Assembly: GCA_963826075.1 (NCBI GenBank)
Contig: CAWGVQ010000015.1
Location: 42,211-106,210 of the forward strand
DNA: 64,000 nucleotides
Reading direction: 5' to 3'
Source of the DNA: an uncultured Chloroflexia bacterium
GTDB taxonomy: Bacteria > Chloroflexota > Ktedonobacteria > Ktedonobacterales > JADMIN01
A program made the translations under genes and the position numbers. This document shows, piece by piece, positions 50,660-61,300 of the stretch. Numbering within the stretch: position 1 is the stretch's first letter; every line of letters begins with the position of its first letter. Under the pieces are notes generated by a model. That model was given only the letters and a program-made list of their open reading frames with translations, made no database searches and was not told the DNA's origin.

Positions 50660-51577
50660 TCAATGCCCTGCTATTTGCTGCACCTGTTGCAAGAGCGCCA
50701 GTTTGTCATCCAGTGAAGCACCTTCAACGGCACGGAAGGCGAAGAAGGCCTGCTCGACGTTGATGGCGCGTAACGGTTCGAGATCGTGCGCGATCTGGTC
50801 TGCCGAGCCGCCGAGGAAGGGCCGCCCCTCGCCCATCGGCTGTGTGGTGACTGGCACGTTGGCGCGAACATAGATCGGCAATGCGGCGGGGTCGCGCTTG
50901 GCGCGAGTTGCTGCTTCACGGAAGAGTGCTATCTGCGCGACAAGGTCTTCTTGCGTCCCGGCAACGGGATTGAAACCGTCAGCGATGCGACCGGCCCGCT
51001 CGATGGCGGTCGGTGCTGCCACGCCCATGATGATGGGAATGCCACGGGGCTGGACTGGCTTAGGATTAATTTTCGAGGACGGGATATGATAGTGGCGCCC
51101 AGAGAAGGAGACGGGGTCTGGCCCCCAAACCGCTCGCATCGCCGCGATCATTTCCTCAACACCCTGACCGCGCAGTTTCGGTGAGCGATCCATCACGTCG
51201 AATTCTTGCTGCATCCAGCCCTGGCCCAACCCAGCGATCACGCGACCATCGCTGAATTGATCGAGCGTCGCCAGGCGTTTGCCCAGCATCACTGGCGCGT
51301 GGAACGGCGCATCCAAAACGCTGATACCCAGTGCAATGGTAGTGGTCTTCGCGGCGATATAGGCTAGCGTCTCGATGGGATCATACGAGACGGCATATAC
51401 TGGGGGCAGCGGGGCTGTTCCGCCTGCCACGTTGCTGCCGCCATCGATCGGGTACAAAAGCCGCTCGAAGGTCCAGACAGAAGCATACCCCATGCGTTCC
51501 GCTTCCATAGCGACGCGCGTGATGTCTTGGGGTGGCGTGAATGGTGCGCTAGTCGGAAGGCTGATACCAAATTTCAT
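50660..51577 (-). CDS. LLM-class (probably F420-dependent) oxidoreductase
   Basis: MKFGISLP, DPIETLAYIAAKT, LATLDQFSDGRVIAGLGQGW, NPKPVQ; GAGGAG RBS. Confidence 0.9.
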   Translation of the reverse strand: MKFGISLPTSAPFTPPQDITRVAMEAERMGYASVWTFERLLYPIDGGSNVAGGTAPLPPVYAVSYDPIETLAYIAAKTTTIALGISVLDAPFHAPVMLGKRLATLDQFSDGRVIAGLGQGWMQQEFDVMDRSPKLRGQGVEEMIAAMRAVWGPDPVSFSGRHYHIPSSKINPKPVQPRGIPIIMGVAAPTAIERAGRIADGFNPVAGTQEDLVAQIALFREAATRAKRDPAALPIYVRANVPVTTQPMGEGRPFLGGSADQIAHDLEPLRAINVEQAFFAFRAVEGASLDDKLALLQQVQQIAGH

Positions 51578-51911
51578 TGTGTAGGCAGCTCCTCTCATCA
51601 TGAGCTGTGTCCAGATGCCGATGGCGGCTCCCTTCGCCTCTGCACGAGCGCTCAGCACGTCAATCACGTGGCACGCCATCTCGGGGCAGCAGGAATAAGG
51701 AATGCAACCGGCACATATCTCGTTTATCATGTACTACGCCGTCGCAGCATACCGTTTGAGTACGGCTCTCTGCTCCGGTGGCGAACACACAATGTGCTAG
51801 CTCTATACTACAACAGCCGTTACAGACACGGCATTAGTGACAAACTTAATTTACGCGCCACAAGTGTGCGCGGACAATAAAGTCGGACACCGACCATGTG
51901 TTGTGATGACG

Positions 51912-52006
51912 TGTGCTGGCTACTTTCGCCATCTGACCACAAATTAACGGGTTCATTATGCCCAATCTCCTATTTTTATGAGTAGATTTAGAAAGTAGCC
52001 AGCACA
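51912..52006. repeat. 95-bp imperfect palindromic element, copy D
   Basis: TGTGCTGGCTACTTTCGCCATCTGACCACAAATTAACGGG...GAGTAGATTTAGAAAGTAGCCAGCACA; perfect 16-bp terminal IR. Confidence 0.92.
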
Positions 52007-52374
52007 TCGGCCTCGTTCTTTGGCTGATTGAAGATTGGGACGAGTGGAGAGAACCCCGCCGGCGCCACACGAATGTTATCCTTGATGAAGTGACGTTCGA
52101 GCAGACCAACCTGGCGGTAGTAGACTGGAGTCTGGTGGATACACTGGGCGACGAATGGACCGCCCATACTCGCAAAAGCGGAGATGGAGCGCCCAAAAGC
52201 CGAACTACACGATCGGACGAGTATAAATCAGCCGCACGCACTAATCGCGTGCTTGCCGTTGCCCTCCAAGCCTGCTCGGTTTTCGGGCACTGCACACGGC
52301 ATGGCGATCTGAACTATTGGTCCTGGCGTCACACGTTTCGCACTACAATTTCGCTCTACAATGAGGAGGTGCTC

Positions 52375-54078
52375 ATGGACACGCCGTTGTCTCCGTTGGA
52401 ATTCATGCGCCGCGCCCGCAAGATCTATCCCGAGCGCGAGGCGGTTGTGGACGAAGGTGTACGCCTGACCTACGCAGAGTTCGGTGCGCGGTGCGACCGC
52501 ATGTCCGCCGCCCTGCAGAGCATGGGCGTAGGCCCGGGCGATCGGGTGGCCTACATTGCGCCCAATACCCACACGCATCTGGAAGCGTATTATGCGGTGC
52601 CCCAAATCGGCGCCGTGCTGGTCCCCATCAATTACCGGCTCACGACCGACGATTTCACCTACATCATCAATCATAGCAGCGCAAAAGTCGTGTGCGTGGA
52701 TGGTGACTACGTCAAAGACGTCGAAGGGATCCGTCACGGTCTGCCAAGCGTGGAACATGTTATCGCCCTCAACGGGCTGACTGATGATCTGCGGAGTCGA
52801 GGCTGGCTTGACTATGAAGCGCTGCTCGGGCAGGCCCCGCAAAGCTTTGTGAGGCCGGAGATCAGCGAAGACGACCTGATCACCATCAACTACACCAGTG
52901 GCACGACATCCAGGCCCAAGGGTGTCATGATCACCCATCGCAATGCGTACATGAACGCCGTCGGCACGCTAGTTCAGGTGCACATGACTCCTGCTGACCG
53001 TTACTTGTGGACGCTGCCCATGTTCCATGCCAATGGCTGGACGTTTGTCTGGATCGTCACTGCTGTTGGCGGCACGCATCTGTGTCTGCGCAAAGTGGAG
53101 CCTCGCGCCATTTTCACCACCATACAGGACGAAGGCGCCACCATGCTGTGTGCCTCCCCCACGGTGCTCATCAGTATCGCCAACGCGCCTTCAGATGTGC
53201 GAGCCCTGCTCACGCCAACTGAAGCACCAGCACTCGAAGCGGTATCGAGCGTACCTCCTTCGCAGCCGGTTTTCTGGCGCAAAGAGAGGTCGGAAATACC
53301 TACTACAACAGCTGTGGTACCCCGCGAGTCTCACCGCCTGCGCGTACTCACCGCTGGTGCGGCCCCCGCTGCCGCGACCATCGAGCGAGTGGAAGGCGAA
53401 CTCGGGTGGGAAATCACCCAGGTCTACGGCCTGACAGAAACCGCACCGTTCATCACGATCTGCGAACCTCTCCCAGAACATGCCGCGTTGTCGGGAGACG
53501 CATTAGCTACCCAAAAAGCACGTCAGGGTGTGGAACTCATCACCTCGGGCGAGGTCTTGGTGGTGGATGAAGACAACAACGAAGTGCCCCACGACGGCGA
53601 GACCCTGGGCGAGATTGTGGCACGCGGCAATGTGGTGATGCTGGGCTATTACAATGATCCGGATGCCACGTCCCGAGCATTCGCGGGAGGGTGGTTCCAC
53701 ACCGGTGACGCTGCGGTAGTGCACCCAGACGGCTACATCGAGATTCGCGATCGTTTGAAGGATGTGATTATCTCCGGCGGGGAGAACATCTCATCCATCG
53801 AAGTGGAGGGCGTGTTACTGCGTCATCCTGCTGTGCAAGAAATAGCCATCGTGGGCTTGCCGGATGAGCGATGGGGTGAATCGCCCCATGCCTTTGTTGT
53901 GTTGAAGGCTGGGCATGCCGCCACCGAAGACGAGCTCCGCACGTTTGCCCGAGCCAACATGGCGCACTTTAAGGTGCCCCAGTCATTCACCTTTGTCGGG
54001 GAACTCCCCAAAACGGCAACCGGGAAGATTCAGAAATACGTGCTGCGTGGCAATAAACCGGCAGTCGCGCGACAGTAA
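52375..54078 (+). CDS. Acyl-CoA synthetase / fatty-acid-CoA ligase (ANL superfamily)
   Basis: YTSGTTSRPKG, YGLTET, WFHTGD, DRLKDVIISGGEN, PKTATGKIQK; GAGGAGG RBS. Confidence 0.95.
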   Translation: MDTPLSPLEFMRRARKIYPEREAVVDEGVRLTYAEFGARCDRMSAALQSMGVGPGDRVAYIAPNTHTHLEAYYAVPQIGAVLVPINYRLTTDDFTYIINHSSAKVVCVDGDYVKDVEGIRHGLPSVEHVIALNGLTDDLRSRGWLDYEALLGQAPQSFVRPEISEDDLITINYTSGTTSRPKGVMITHRNAYMNAVGTLVQVHMTPADRYLWTLPMFHANGWTFVWIVTAVGGTHLCLRKVEPRAIFTTIQDEGATMLCASPTVLISIANAPSDVRALLTPTEAPALEAVSSVPPSQPVFWRKERSEIPTTTAVVPRESHRLRVLTAGAAPAAATIERVEGELGWEITQVYGLTETAPFITICEPLPEHAALSGDALATQKARQGVELITSGEVLVVDEDNNEVPHDGETLGEIVARGNVVMLGYYNDPDATSRAFAGGWFHTGDAAVVHPDGYIEIRDRLKDVIISGGENISSIEVEGVLLRHPAVQEIAIVGLPDERWGESPHAFVVLKAGHAATEDELRTFARANMAHFKVPQSFTFVGELPKTATGKIQKYVLRGNKPAVARQ

Positions 54079-54084
54079 CGAATA

Positions 54085-54151
54085 CCTGCTCGACCAATGC
54101 AGTGTGAATACTGCTGTTTTTGATGCCAGCTGAGGTAAGAAGATACTTCAT
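54085..54151 (-). pseudogene. Peptidase E (S51)-like N-terminal stub
   Basis: GAGG RBS then MKYLLTSAGIKNSSIHTALVE, running into the convergent ligase gene. Confidence 0.55.
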
Positions 54152-54351
54152 GGTGCCTCTCCTCGTTCTCCTAGTCACTGTAATCAAGGTCACTACCATC
54201 ACGGCCAACGATCTCCACTGACCGCTTGAGGAGAGGGGAGACGCTGGCTGCATCGACGCGCTCACGCAACAGGCTGCACGGTCGCAGCGGCCCGCAGTCC
54301 ACTCTTGACTCGCGGTCACAACGGTGTAGACCGGGCAAGCAAGACACCCGT

Positions 54352-54927
54352 CTACCTGCCCTGCCGCCACCCTTCTTCAATCTCGGTCATGTGCTCGCTC
54401 GCATGCCCCGCTCTCCCGGCAAACAAGTCGCCGGCGGTCGCCTCACCACCGACCGAGGGCACCCGTGCTTCCAGCTGCTCATCGGTGAACTGGTGCAGGA
54501 GGTCCAAGGTGTCCTGCCGCGCCGCCAGATAATCCGCTACCAGCAGCTCCAAACTGTCGTTATGGTGTGCGTTCAGGTAGGTTTGATTGATGCTGGCGAT
54601 GGCCAGTTCCAGCCGCTCCTCCTCCTCCGGGGTCAGCGCGTCCAAATCGCCTAGCGTCCCCGGCAGCGGCATGCCCTCCGGATATTGCCCGCGTAAAATA
54701 ACGTCTGGAGGCTCGCCGGCGAGGACATGGCGCAGTAAGTGCTGGATGTTGCGCTCGCTTTGCACCAGGTGCGCCAAATGATCCTTGGCGCGCCACGGAG
54801 CTGCTCCGGGAACTCCATTCGCCGTTGCCGGGCGCTCGAGGTCTTCTAGGCTCAGCCCCTGAAAAAACGCCAGGACCTCGGTCTGTGACGCCGCCAAGGT
54901 CTCCACAATCTCGGCACGCGTGGGCAT
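54352..54927 (-). CDS. DinB-like family protein
   Basis: WRAKDHLAHL and C-terminal HASEH metal-ligand pattern; GAGG RBS. Confidence 0.8.
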   Translation of the reverse strand: MPTRAEIVETLAASQTEVLAFFQGLSLEDLERPATANGVPGAAPWRAKDHLAHLVQSERNIQHLLRHVLAGEPPDVILRGQYPEGMPLPGTLGDLDALTPEEEERLELAIASINQTYLNAHHNDSLELLVADYLAARQDTLDLLHQFTDEQLEARVPSVGGEATAGDLFAGRAGHASEHMTEIEEGWRQGR

Positions 54928-55351
54928 GATTCCTCTCCTATTCCACTCCTAGCAACCAGTGGGAAGCACTGGGAAGCACCCGGCGGGTCCAGACGACTCC
55001 GCTAGGCCGAGAGACGCGAGGCACCAGGTACGGCCCCCGTCTGCTAGAACAATATATCTAGAATAATACACCGAGAACACAACCTGGGCATGGTGATACA
55101 CCAGAGGGCTAGGACATTGGAACATTGATTTCGATACGGATTGTGGGACGCGCGATTTCTGGATATTTTCTTCCCACTGGCGACACCATGCCACAAACCA
55201 CACAATTGGAAGGTGGCGGTGACGTGGTACTGTTGGACCTAGCCAGGATAGTACTCTCTGTAGCCGACCTCCTGTATAGTAAGAGGTACAGATTCCGAAA
55301 GTGGAGTCAGATTGAGCCGCCACGCTCAGCCGCAGTCGCTGGCAAAGGAAG

Positions 55352-56062
55352 TCAGCTTTCGTTATCGAGCCGCGATGTTTGCGTGAGTCCTACTGATGAT
55401 CGCGCTACTTGGATGATCGCACGAGTCTCGACGTGAAGAGCTGTGAGGATCCCAGTGCGCCACGCGCCGGTGTCCAATCCGATCTTCGTGCGGGTGATGA
55501 GCGGTTCGTCGAGTTGATAATGACCAAAAATAACGGGCTTACCCCAGTCGTAAGTGGACCTCAGAAAACCCGGAATGCCCCATACATAGACCTCTGGCGG
55601 CGATTCCGAAAACGGAATCCCAGGCTCGGCGCCGGCATGAGAGTACCAGGCATAGCCATCCTCATAGAAGAGGCGAGTGCTCGTCAGGAACTCGCCGAGG
55701 CGTGGTGGCACCAGGCCCTGATAGCGGTCCCAAATTAAGCGTGCTCCGGGGATAGACGGACAGCGGGTGAACTCCAAGCCATTCCAGGTTTCTAGCCAAG
55801 CCTCATCATGGTTGCCGCGCAAGAAGATGCAGTGGTGGGACGTTGCCAGCGCCACCAACATGTCGATGGTGCCCAGCGAGTCCTCTCCCCGATCGAGGTA
55901 GTCACCAAGAAAAATCAGGGTATCTTCCGGGCGGGGAGCGAGCTGCTCCAGCAGGCTTTTGAGTAACGTGACCTCGCCGTGCACATCACCTACGGCGTAG
56001 GTAGCCGAGGCGTGCTGCTCGCCGGGCAGGTTTGATTCCTCATCTGCGTGTGTTGCCTGCAT
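55352..56062 (-). CDS. Metallophosphoesterase (PPP Ser/Thr phosphatase-like)
   Basis: GDVHG, GDYLDRG, RGNHD, HAG, FGH, LDTGA. Confidence 0.92.
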   Translation of the reverse strand: MQATHADEESNLPGEQHASATYAVGDVHGEVTLLKSLLEQLAPRPEDTLIFLGDYLDRGEDSLGTIDMLVALATSHHCIFLRGNHDEAWLETWNGLEFTRCPSIPGARLIWDRYQGLVPPRLGEFLTSTRLFYEDGYAWYSHAGAEPGIPFSESPPEVYVWGIPGFLRSTYDWGKPVIFGHYQLDEPLITRTKIGLDTGAWRTGILTALHVETRAIIQVARSSVGLTQTSRLDNES

Positions 56063-56191
56063 TATCGCTGCTACCTTGCTCTTATCTTCGTCGTCACATC
56101 CCCCTCTGACTCAATTATCTCACTCCGACTGACCTGCTCGCCAGAAGATTGCGATTGCTGAATAGCAAAGCAGCCCGGAAACAGATAGATT

Positions 56192-56322
56192 GTACACTGA
56201 TAGATGATCCCCGATGCGAATACAACGTGGAGCACAACCTGAAAGAGATTCTGATCATGGCCATCTGTGGAGTGATTGCTTGCGCAGAGAGTTGGGAAGA
56301 CATTGCGCAATATGCCAAGACC
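56192..56322 (+). pseudogene. ISAs1-family transposase N-terminal fragment
   Basis: IDDPRCEYNVEHNLKEILIMAICGVIACAESWEDIAQY matches the ISAs1 N-terminal pattern. Confidence 0.7.
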
Positions 56323-56380
56323 CCATAGTCATGCGATACTGCATTCAAGCACCTGATTGCTGGTTGTGGGAGGCTCTTTC

Positions 56381-56974
56381 ATGTCTCAAACCGTTCCCTT
56401 CGCCATCGTCGGTTGTATCCTTCTCGTTATTGGGGTAGTAAGCGTTATTGGCGTGCAGTTCAATGCGCCTGAGCTGAACCCTTGGCGAGATGCAATCAGC
56501 CAGTACGTCCATACACGCAATGGCATTCTGTACCGCATCCAATCCTACGCAACAGGTCTCGGCGTGCTTAGCCTCCTCTTTGCTTTGCTTGTCCAAGGAG
56601 CAAAACTCCCAGGTCTTGGTCTTGTTTCGCTTGGCTTCGTAGGTCTCACACGCATTGGGTCGGGATTCTTCATTGCTGACGCTCACCCTCCCGTTTCACG
56701 GAATGGACAGATTCATGTACTGCTTGGATTTGGACTCTTTACCTTCGCGGCCTTGACCGCTGGCATTCTCACTGGCTCGCTGATTGCAGTACCGCAATGG
56801 CATGCGATCAGTGGATATCTCGCAATCATGGCGATGGTGACGGTTGGTTTTGCTCTCGCCACCATCGTCGCGGTCATCCTTCCTCAGGCACAGCCGTACA
56901 TTGGACTTGTCCAGCGAGGGTTTTACCTCACCATGTTCCTTTGGACGATAGGAGCGCTCATTCCCTTGTTGTAA
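56381..56974 (+). CDS. DUF998-like membrane protein
   Basis: LNPWRDAISQY, GQIH, GLVQR; about 6 TM segments; GGAGG RBS. Confidence 0.75.
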   Translation: MSQTVPFAIVGCILLVIGVVSVIGVQFNAPELNPWRDAISQYVHTRNGILYRIQSYATGLGVLSLLFALLVQGAKLPGLGLVSLGFVGLTRIGSGFFIADAHPPVSRNGQIHVLLGFGLFTFAALTAGILTGSLIAVPQWHAISGYLAIMAMVTVGFALATIVAVILPQAQPYIGLVQRGFYLTMFLWTIGALIPLL

Positions 56975-57116
56975 AACCCTCACCCCATACGCCGGGAGCT
57001 TTGCCTCAAACCCTACGCCATTTGGTGTGAATCCGCTGCAAGCGCGCTCGCTTCCCTCGCGTCTTTCCACTCCGAGATGGCCGCCCCGTTCTCGGCTCTC
57101 TTGCACTCTGCCACCC

Positions 57117-57441
57117 CAGGGCAAACGCATGAGGCTCAAGTAAGCAACTGGGCCATAAAGGCATCATTCCAAGCGGCCTGTTTTCGCCTGCCTCGGACAC
57201 TGCCAGTGGTTGGACTGTGGTGGAGCAGATTGAGAGCGATTTTTCGCAGCAGAGCGAGATTGTGCCGAGCATGCTGTTCCCGGACTCGGGACGTATCGTC
57301 CTGAAATGTGACATCCAACGCCCAATGGAGACTGCTTTCTATCGACCAGTGCTGGCGTATGGCGGTGATCTCGTCAGATTTGCTGTCCACCGCTACCTGC
57401 ACCAACACGAGTCGTAGTTCACTGGCCCATGCACTCACCAA
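57117..57441 (-). mobile_element. ISAs1-family remnant (internally deleted transposase plus one end)
   Basis: VSAWASELRLVL...KSDEITAI joined to RQHWSIESSLHWALDVTFQDD...AAWN; end CAGGGCAAACGCAT at 57117. Confidence 0.85.
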
Positions 57442-57665
57442 GTGGAGTGGGGATTGCCTCCGGTTCCGATCACATGTAAGGCAAAAATAGAACCTAACTT
57501 GACGGACGGAAAGCGAAATTCTGGCAGGTAGTTGACGTCAGGATGGGTGTACTCCAGCCGGACGGCGGTATCCAAATCCAGATGTTCAGCGATCCGCCGC
57601 CTACCGAGTGATTGAACTATCTCCTTGAGAAGGCTCGTTCCGTTGGGAATGCACACGAGGCTGCG

Positions 57666-58292
57666 CTAGATGCCAATCGGATTGCGGACCAGGATCACCG
57701 TCATCCGACCATCCACCCACTCTCGTTCGATGATCAGGATCTTGCCAACAAACGATCCGGTGTTCATGACCTTGCGAACCTGGCTATCCTCCCACGGCAG
57801 AACGTAGTCGCGGATGCGCCGCAGAGCCGTCTCCAGGTCACGCACGATCTTTTGACTGCCAACCACCAGAATTACCTTGCCAGCCGTGCTGGCATACGGG
57901 CCGAGCTGACTCGACGAGGCAGAGGCCGCTACCAGGATGCCATCCTCAGTGACCGCATTGACGCTGCCCAGCATAAAGTCGGGACCAGAGCTGAGCTTGC
58001 GAATCTCGCGCGCCTGGGTCTTCCGATCCATCTTGAATATGCGGGGCCGCAGGGCGTCATAGCGACTTGTATCGTGAATGGCGTCAAAAATCCCGGCATC
58101 CTGGAGGGTCTTTGACTTGCCAGAGTGGACCTCTGCTCCCTCCGGCAGCTGCTCCAGCACGACCTGGCGTGCCTGGTCACCGTCGTCGACGACCACCACT
58201 TCGATATTGCGCTCCCGCATCCGCGTAGCGACTCGCTGAATAGTCTGTGCCGGAGCGGGGCTGGCGAACATGTCTTCGGGCGACTGCGTCAT
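57666..58292 (-). CDS. LUD-domain protein
   Basis: GKSKTL, DFMLGSVNAVTEDG, VILVVGSQKIV; AAGGAG RBS. Confidence 0.82.
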   Translation of the reverse strand: MTQSPEDMFASPAPAQTIQRVATRMRERNIEVVVVDDGDQARQVVLEQLPEGAEVHSGKSKTLQDAGIFDAIHDTSRYDALRPRIFKMDRKTQAREIRKLSSGPDFMLGSVNAVTEDGILVAASASSSQLGPYASTAGKVILVVGSQKIVRDLETALRRIRDYVLPWEDSQVRKVMNTGSFVGKILIIEREWVDGRMTVILVRNPIGI

Positions 58293-58348
58293 ATCTTGTG
58301 TCTCCTTCTGGCTTTTTCGACACCTGGAAGTCTCTTTGATAGGACAAT

Positions 58349-61300
58349 CTACGCGAGTGTGGACTTCGCCTGCGTCTGCTCGGCCTCACCCTGCACGGGA
58401 GTATCCGTCGGCATGGTCATCGTCGTTCGCCTCCGATCGAAGCGTCCCCGTAGATCATCAACAGCCACATAGAGTGTGGGCACCAGGAGCAACGTCAGGA
58501 TGGTCGAGGTCGTCAGTCCACCGATGACGACGATAGCAAGTGGCCCAGCGATGAAGACGCCCGCTTGACTCAGACCAAGGGCCATAGGCAATAAGGCGAG
58601 AATCGTGGCGCTTGCTGTCATAAGGATGGGTCGCAATCGGCGCCGACCTCCCTCGACCACAGCGGCTCTGGCATCCAGTCCCTTGGCCCGGTATTGATTC
58701 ACCAGGTCGAGCAGCACGATAGCGTTCGTGACTACAATGCCCACCAGCATCAGTAAGCCGATCAAAGCCGGCACGCCGAGCGTCGTATGGGTGATCAGCA
58801 GCAAGAGGATTGAGCCGGTGGCCGCGAACGGTATTGACACCAGTAGGATGAGCGGTTGGATGATGCTACGGAAGGTGGCCACCATCACCAGGTAGACCAG
58901 CAGAATGGCGATGAGCAGCGCAAGGAGTAGGCCCGAGAAGGCCTGCGACTGGCTGGCGGTCACCCCTCCCAGCGACACGGTGGCTCCAGCTGGCAGGTTG
59001 AGTTTATTCAGCCGTTGCTGGATATCTGCACTCACAGCACCGATATTGGAGCTCGTGATGGTCGCGTTTACGGTCGCGGTACGCACCCCGCCCAGATGCG
59101 TGATCTGCGGCGGCCCGTAGGTCTGTGTGACCGTGGCAACGTCGCCTAGCCTGACGGTACCGGTAGGACCTGGAAGGAGGAGGTCTTGCATCGCCGCAAC
59201 AGTGGTGACAGGAGTGCCAAGCTGGATATTCACAGCCTCCTGTGTCCCACCAAGCGTGACTTGGGTTACCGTCGTCCCGCTGTAGACCATACGCAGGTCC
59301 TGACCAACCTGTTCAGCCGTTAAGCCGTGCAGCAGTGCCAGAGTGGGATCGACCTGCACGTTGATCAGCGGTGCTGCATCAGCAAGGTTACTGGTAACAT
59401 CGGTGGTGTCAGGGGCATCTTTCACGGCATTCAGTACCAACTGTGTTGCAGTTCGTAGGGTTTGATCGTCGGATGCCTGCACGTTCACGGCCAGGCCGGA
59501 ACTGTTAAACCCCTGATTGGAGGCGCTGACTATGATGGTCCCAACGCCGGAAAGTCGACTCAAGCGGTTCTGTACCGTCTGCTGTAGGGCGACCTGGTTG
59601 GCATTCGGATCGGTCGTCACAGCATACGTGGCGCTGTTCGACCCGCTCCCTCCGCTGAAAGAACTAGCGACCGACCCACTTGAGCCAATGGTGACCTGGT
59701 ACGTTTGTATGCCAGCCACAGTGGCAAGCACCGCCTCGACCGGCCGGGTCGCCTGGCCAGTCTGCTGCAAGCTGGTACTTACTGGCAAGGTTTGGGTGAT
59801 CGAGAACGTGTTCTGGCTGGAATTGCTAAAGAAGTTGGTCCCCACGCTTGGCACCAGGGCAATCGAACCGAAAAAGATGAGCAGCGCCCCCACAATACTG
59901 ACCAGGCGATGGGTCGTCACCCAGCGCACGAGAGGCACATACCCTCGCTCCAGCCAGATCCTGCTGTCTTGCGCTAGCCGCCCCTGCTGCGCCGATGCAG
60001 TTGGCACTTTCAAAAACCAATAGGCCAAGACCGGAATAATCGTGAGCGCCACAAAGAGTGAGGCGAGCAGGGCAATGGTTACGGTGACGGCGAAGGAGCT
60101 GAAGAGTTCTCCCACAAGACCGCTGGTGAATGCAATGGGGAGAAAGACAGCTACGGTCGTAATAGTAGAGGCAGTGACAGCCCCAGCAACCTCTCGTACT
60201 GCGCCAATGATGGTCGAGAGTTTATCCGCATCCACGTCTTGCCGCAGGTGCCGCTGGATGTTTTCCAGCACCACGATGGAATCGTCAACCACACGCCCGA
60301 TCGCGATGGTCAACCCTCCCAGAGTCAAAATATTGAGCGAGAACCCACCCACCCCTATCCCGATAAGGGCGATCACAACGGAGAGCGGTATCGAGACTGC
60401 TGTCACCAGGGTCGACCGCAGCGAGAAGAGGAAGACCAGGATCACCAAGATGGCGAACGCCGCGCCGATCAACCCCTCTGAGATGAGCCCATTCACCGAG
60501 CTTGTCACAAAAGGCGCCTGGTCAAAGACCACGAAAATCCTGGCGTGATCTCCCAGACTACGCTGCAGTGCCGGTAGCTCACCCCTGATGGCTTGCGAGA
60601 TAGAGACCGTGTTGCCATCGTTGGTTTCGGTAATAGCGATGCCGATACTGGGCTGGCCATTGGTACGCGTGATGGATGTCGATGGGGCGAGCGTCTGCTC
60701 GACCGTCGCGACGTCACCAAGTGTGATTGGCGTGGGCCTGGCTGTCGGAAGCGGCGAGGCGCCTCCAGTTCCCGTTCCGGTCGAGGCGGGTGGCACCGAT
60801 ACGCCGACGATAAGGTTCTTGAGAGCATCCAGTGACGTGAAGGTGTTGCCGACTTGAATGGGCAGGGTCTGGCCGTTAGAGGTGATCTGGCCGGCTGGCA
60901 CGGTGAGATTGTTGGCCTGCAGCACGCCTTCGATCTGGCTCACCGAGAGACCATCGCCCTGGACTTTCGCGAGGTCCAAAGTCACCGTCACGATCTGCTG
61001 CTCCGCGCCAGTTACACTGGCGCTGGCGACTCCGTTGATGCTTTGCAGAGCTGGCACCACCGTCTGTTTAACCTGCGCGGCAAGCGTGACAGGGTCCGCC
61101 GACGAGGTAACGGCGAGTTGAATTACCGGCAGAGAATTGACGCTGAAGGTTTGAACCTCAGGCGTGACGCCGGCGGGCAGGCTTGCCTGCGCCTGGTTGA
61201 GATCCTGTGCCAACGTCTGGCTTGCCTGGTTGATGTCGGTGCCAAAGTTGTACTCAACGACAATGATCGAGACTCCCTGGTTCGAGTAAGAGGTCTCTTG

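Noticed and set aside
12049-52006. Calling the 95-bp repeats a CRISPR array or canonical integron attC sites
   Set aside because: Copies are kilobases apart with no repeat-spacer period or cas genes. The ends lack RYYYAAC/GTTRRRY, and the only tyrosine recombinase is a short non-IntI fragment.
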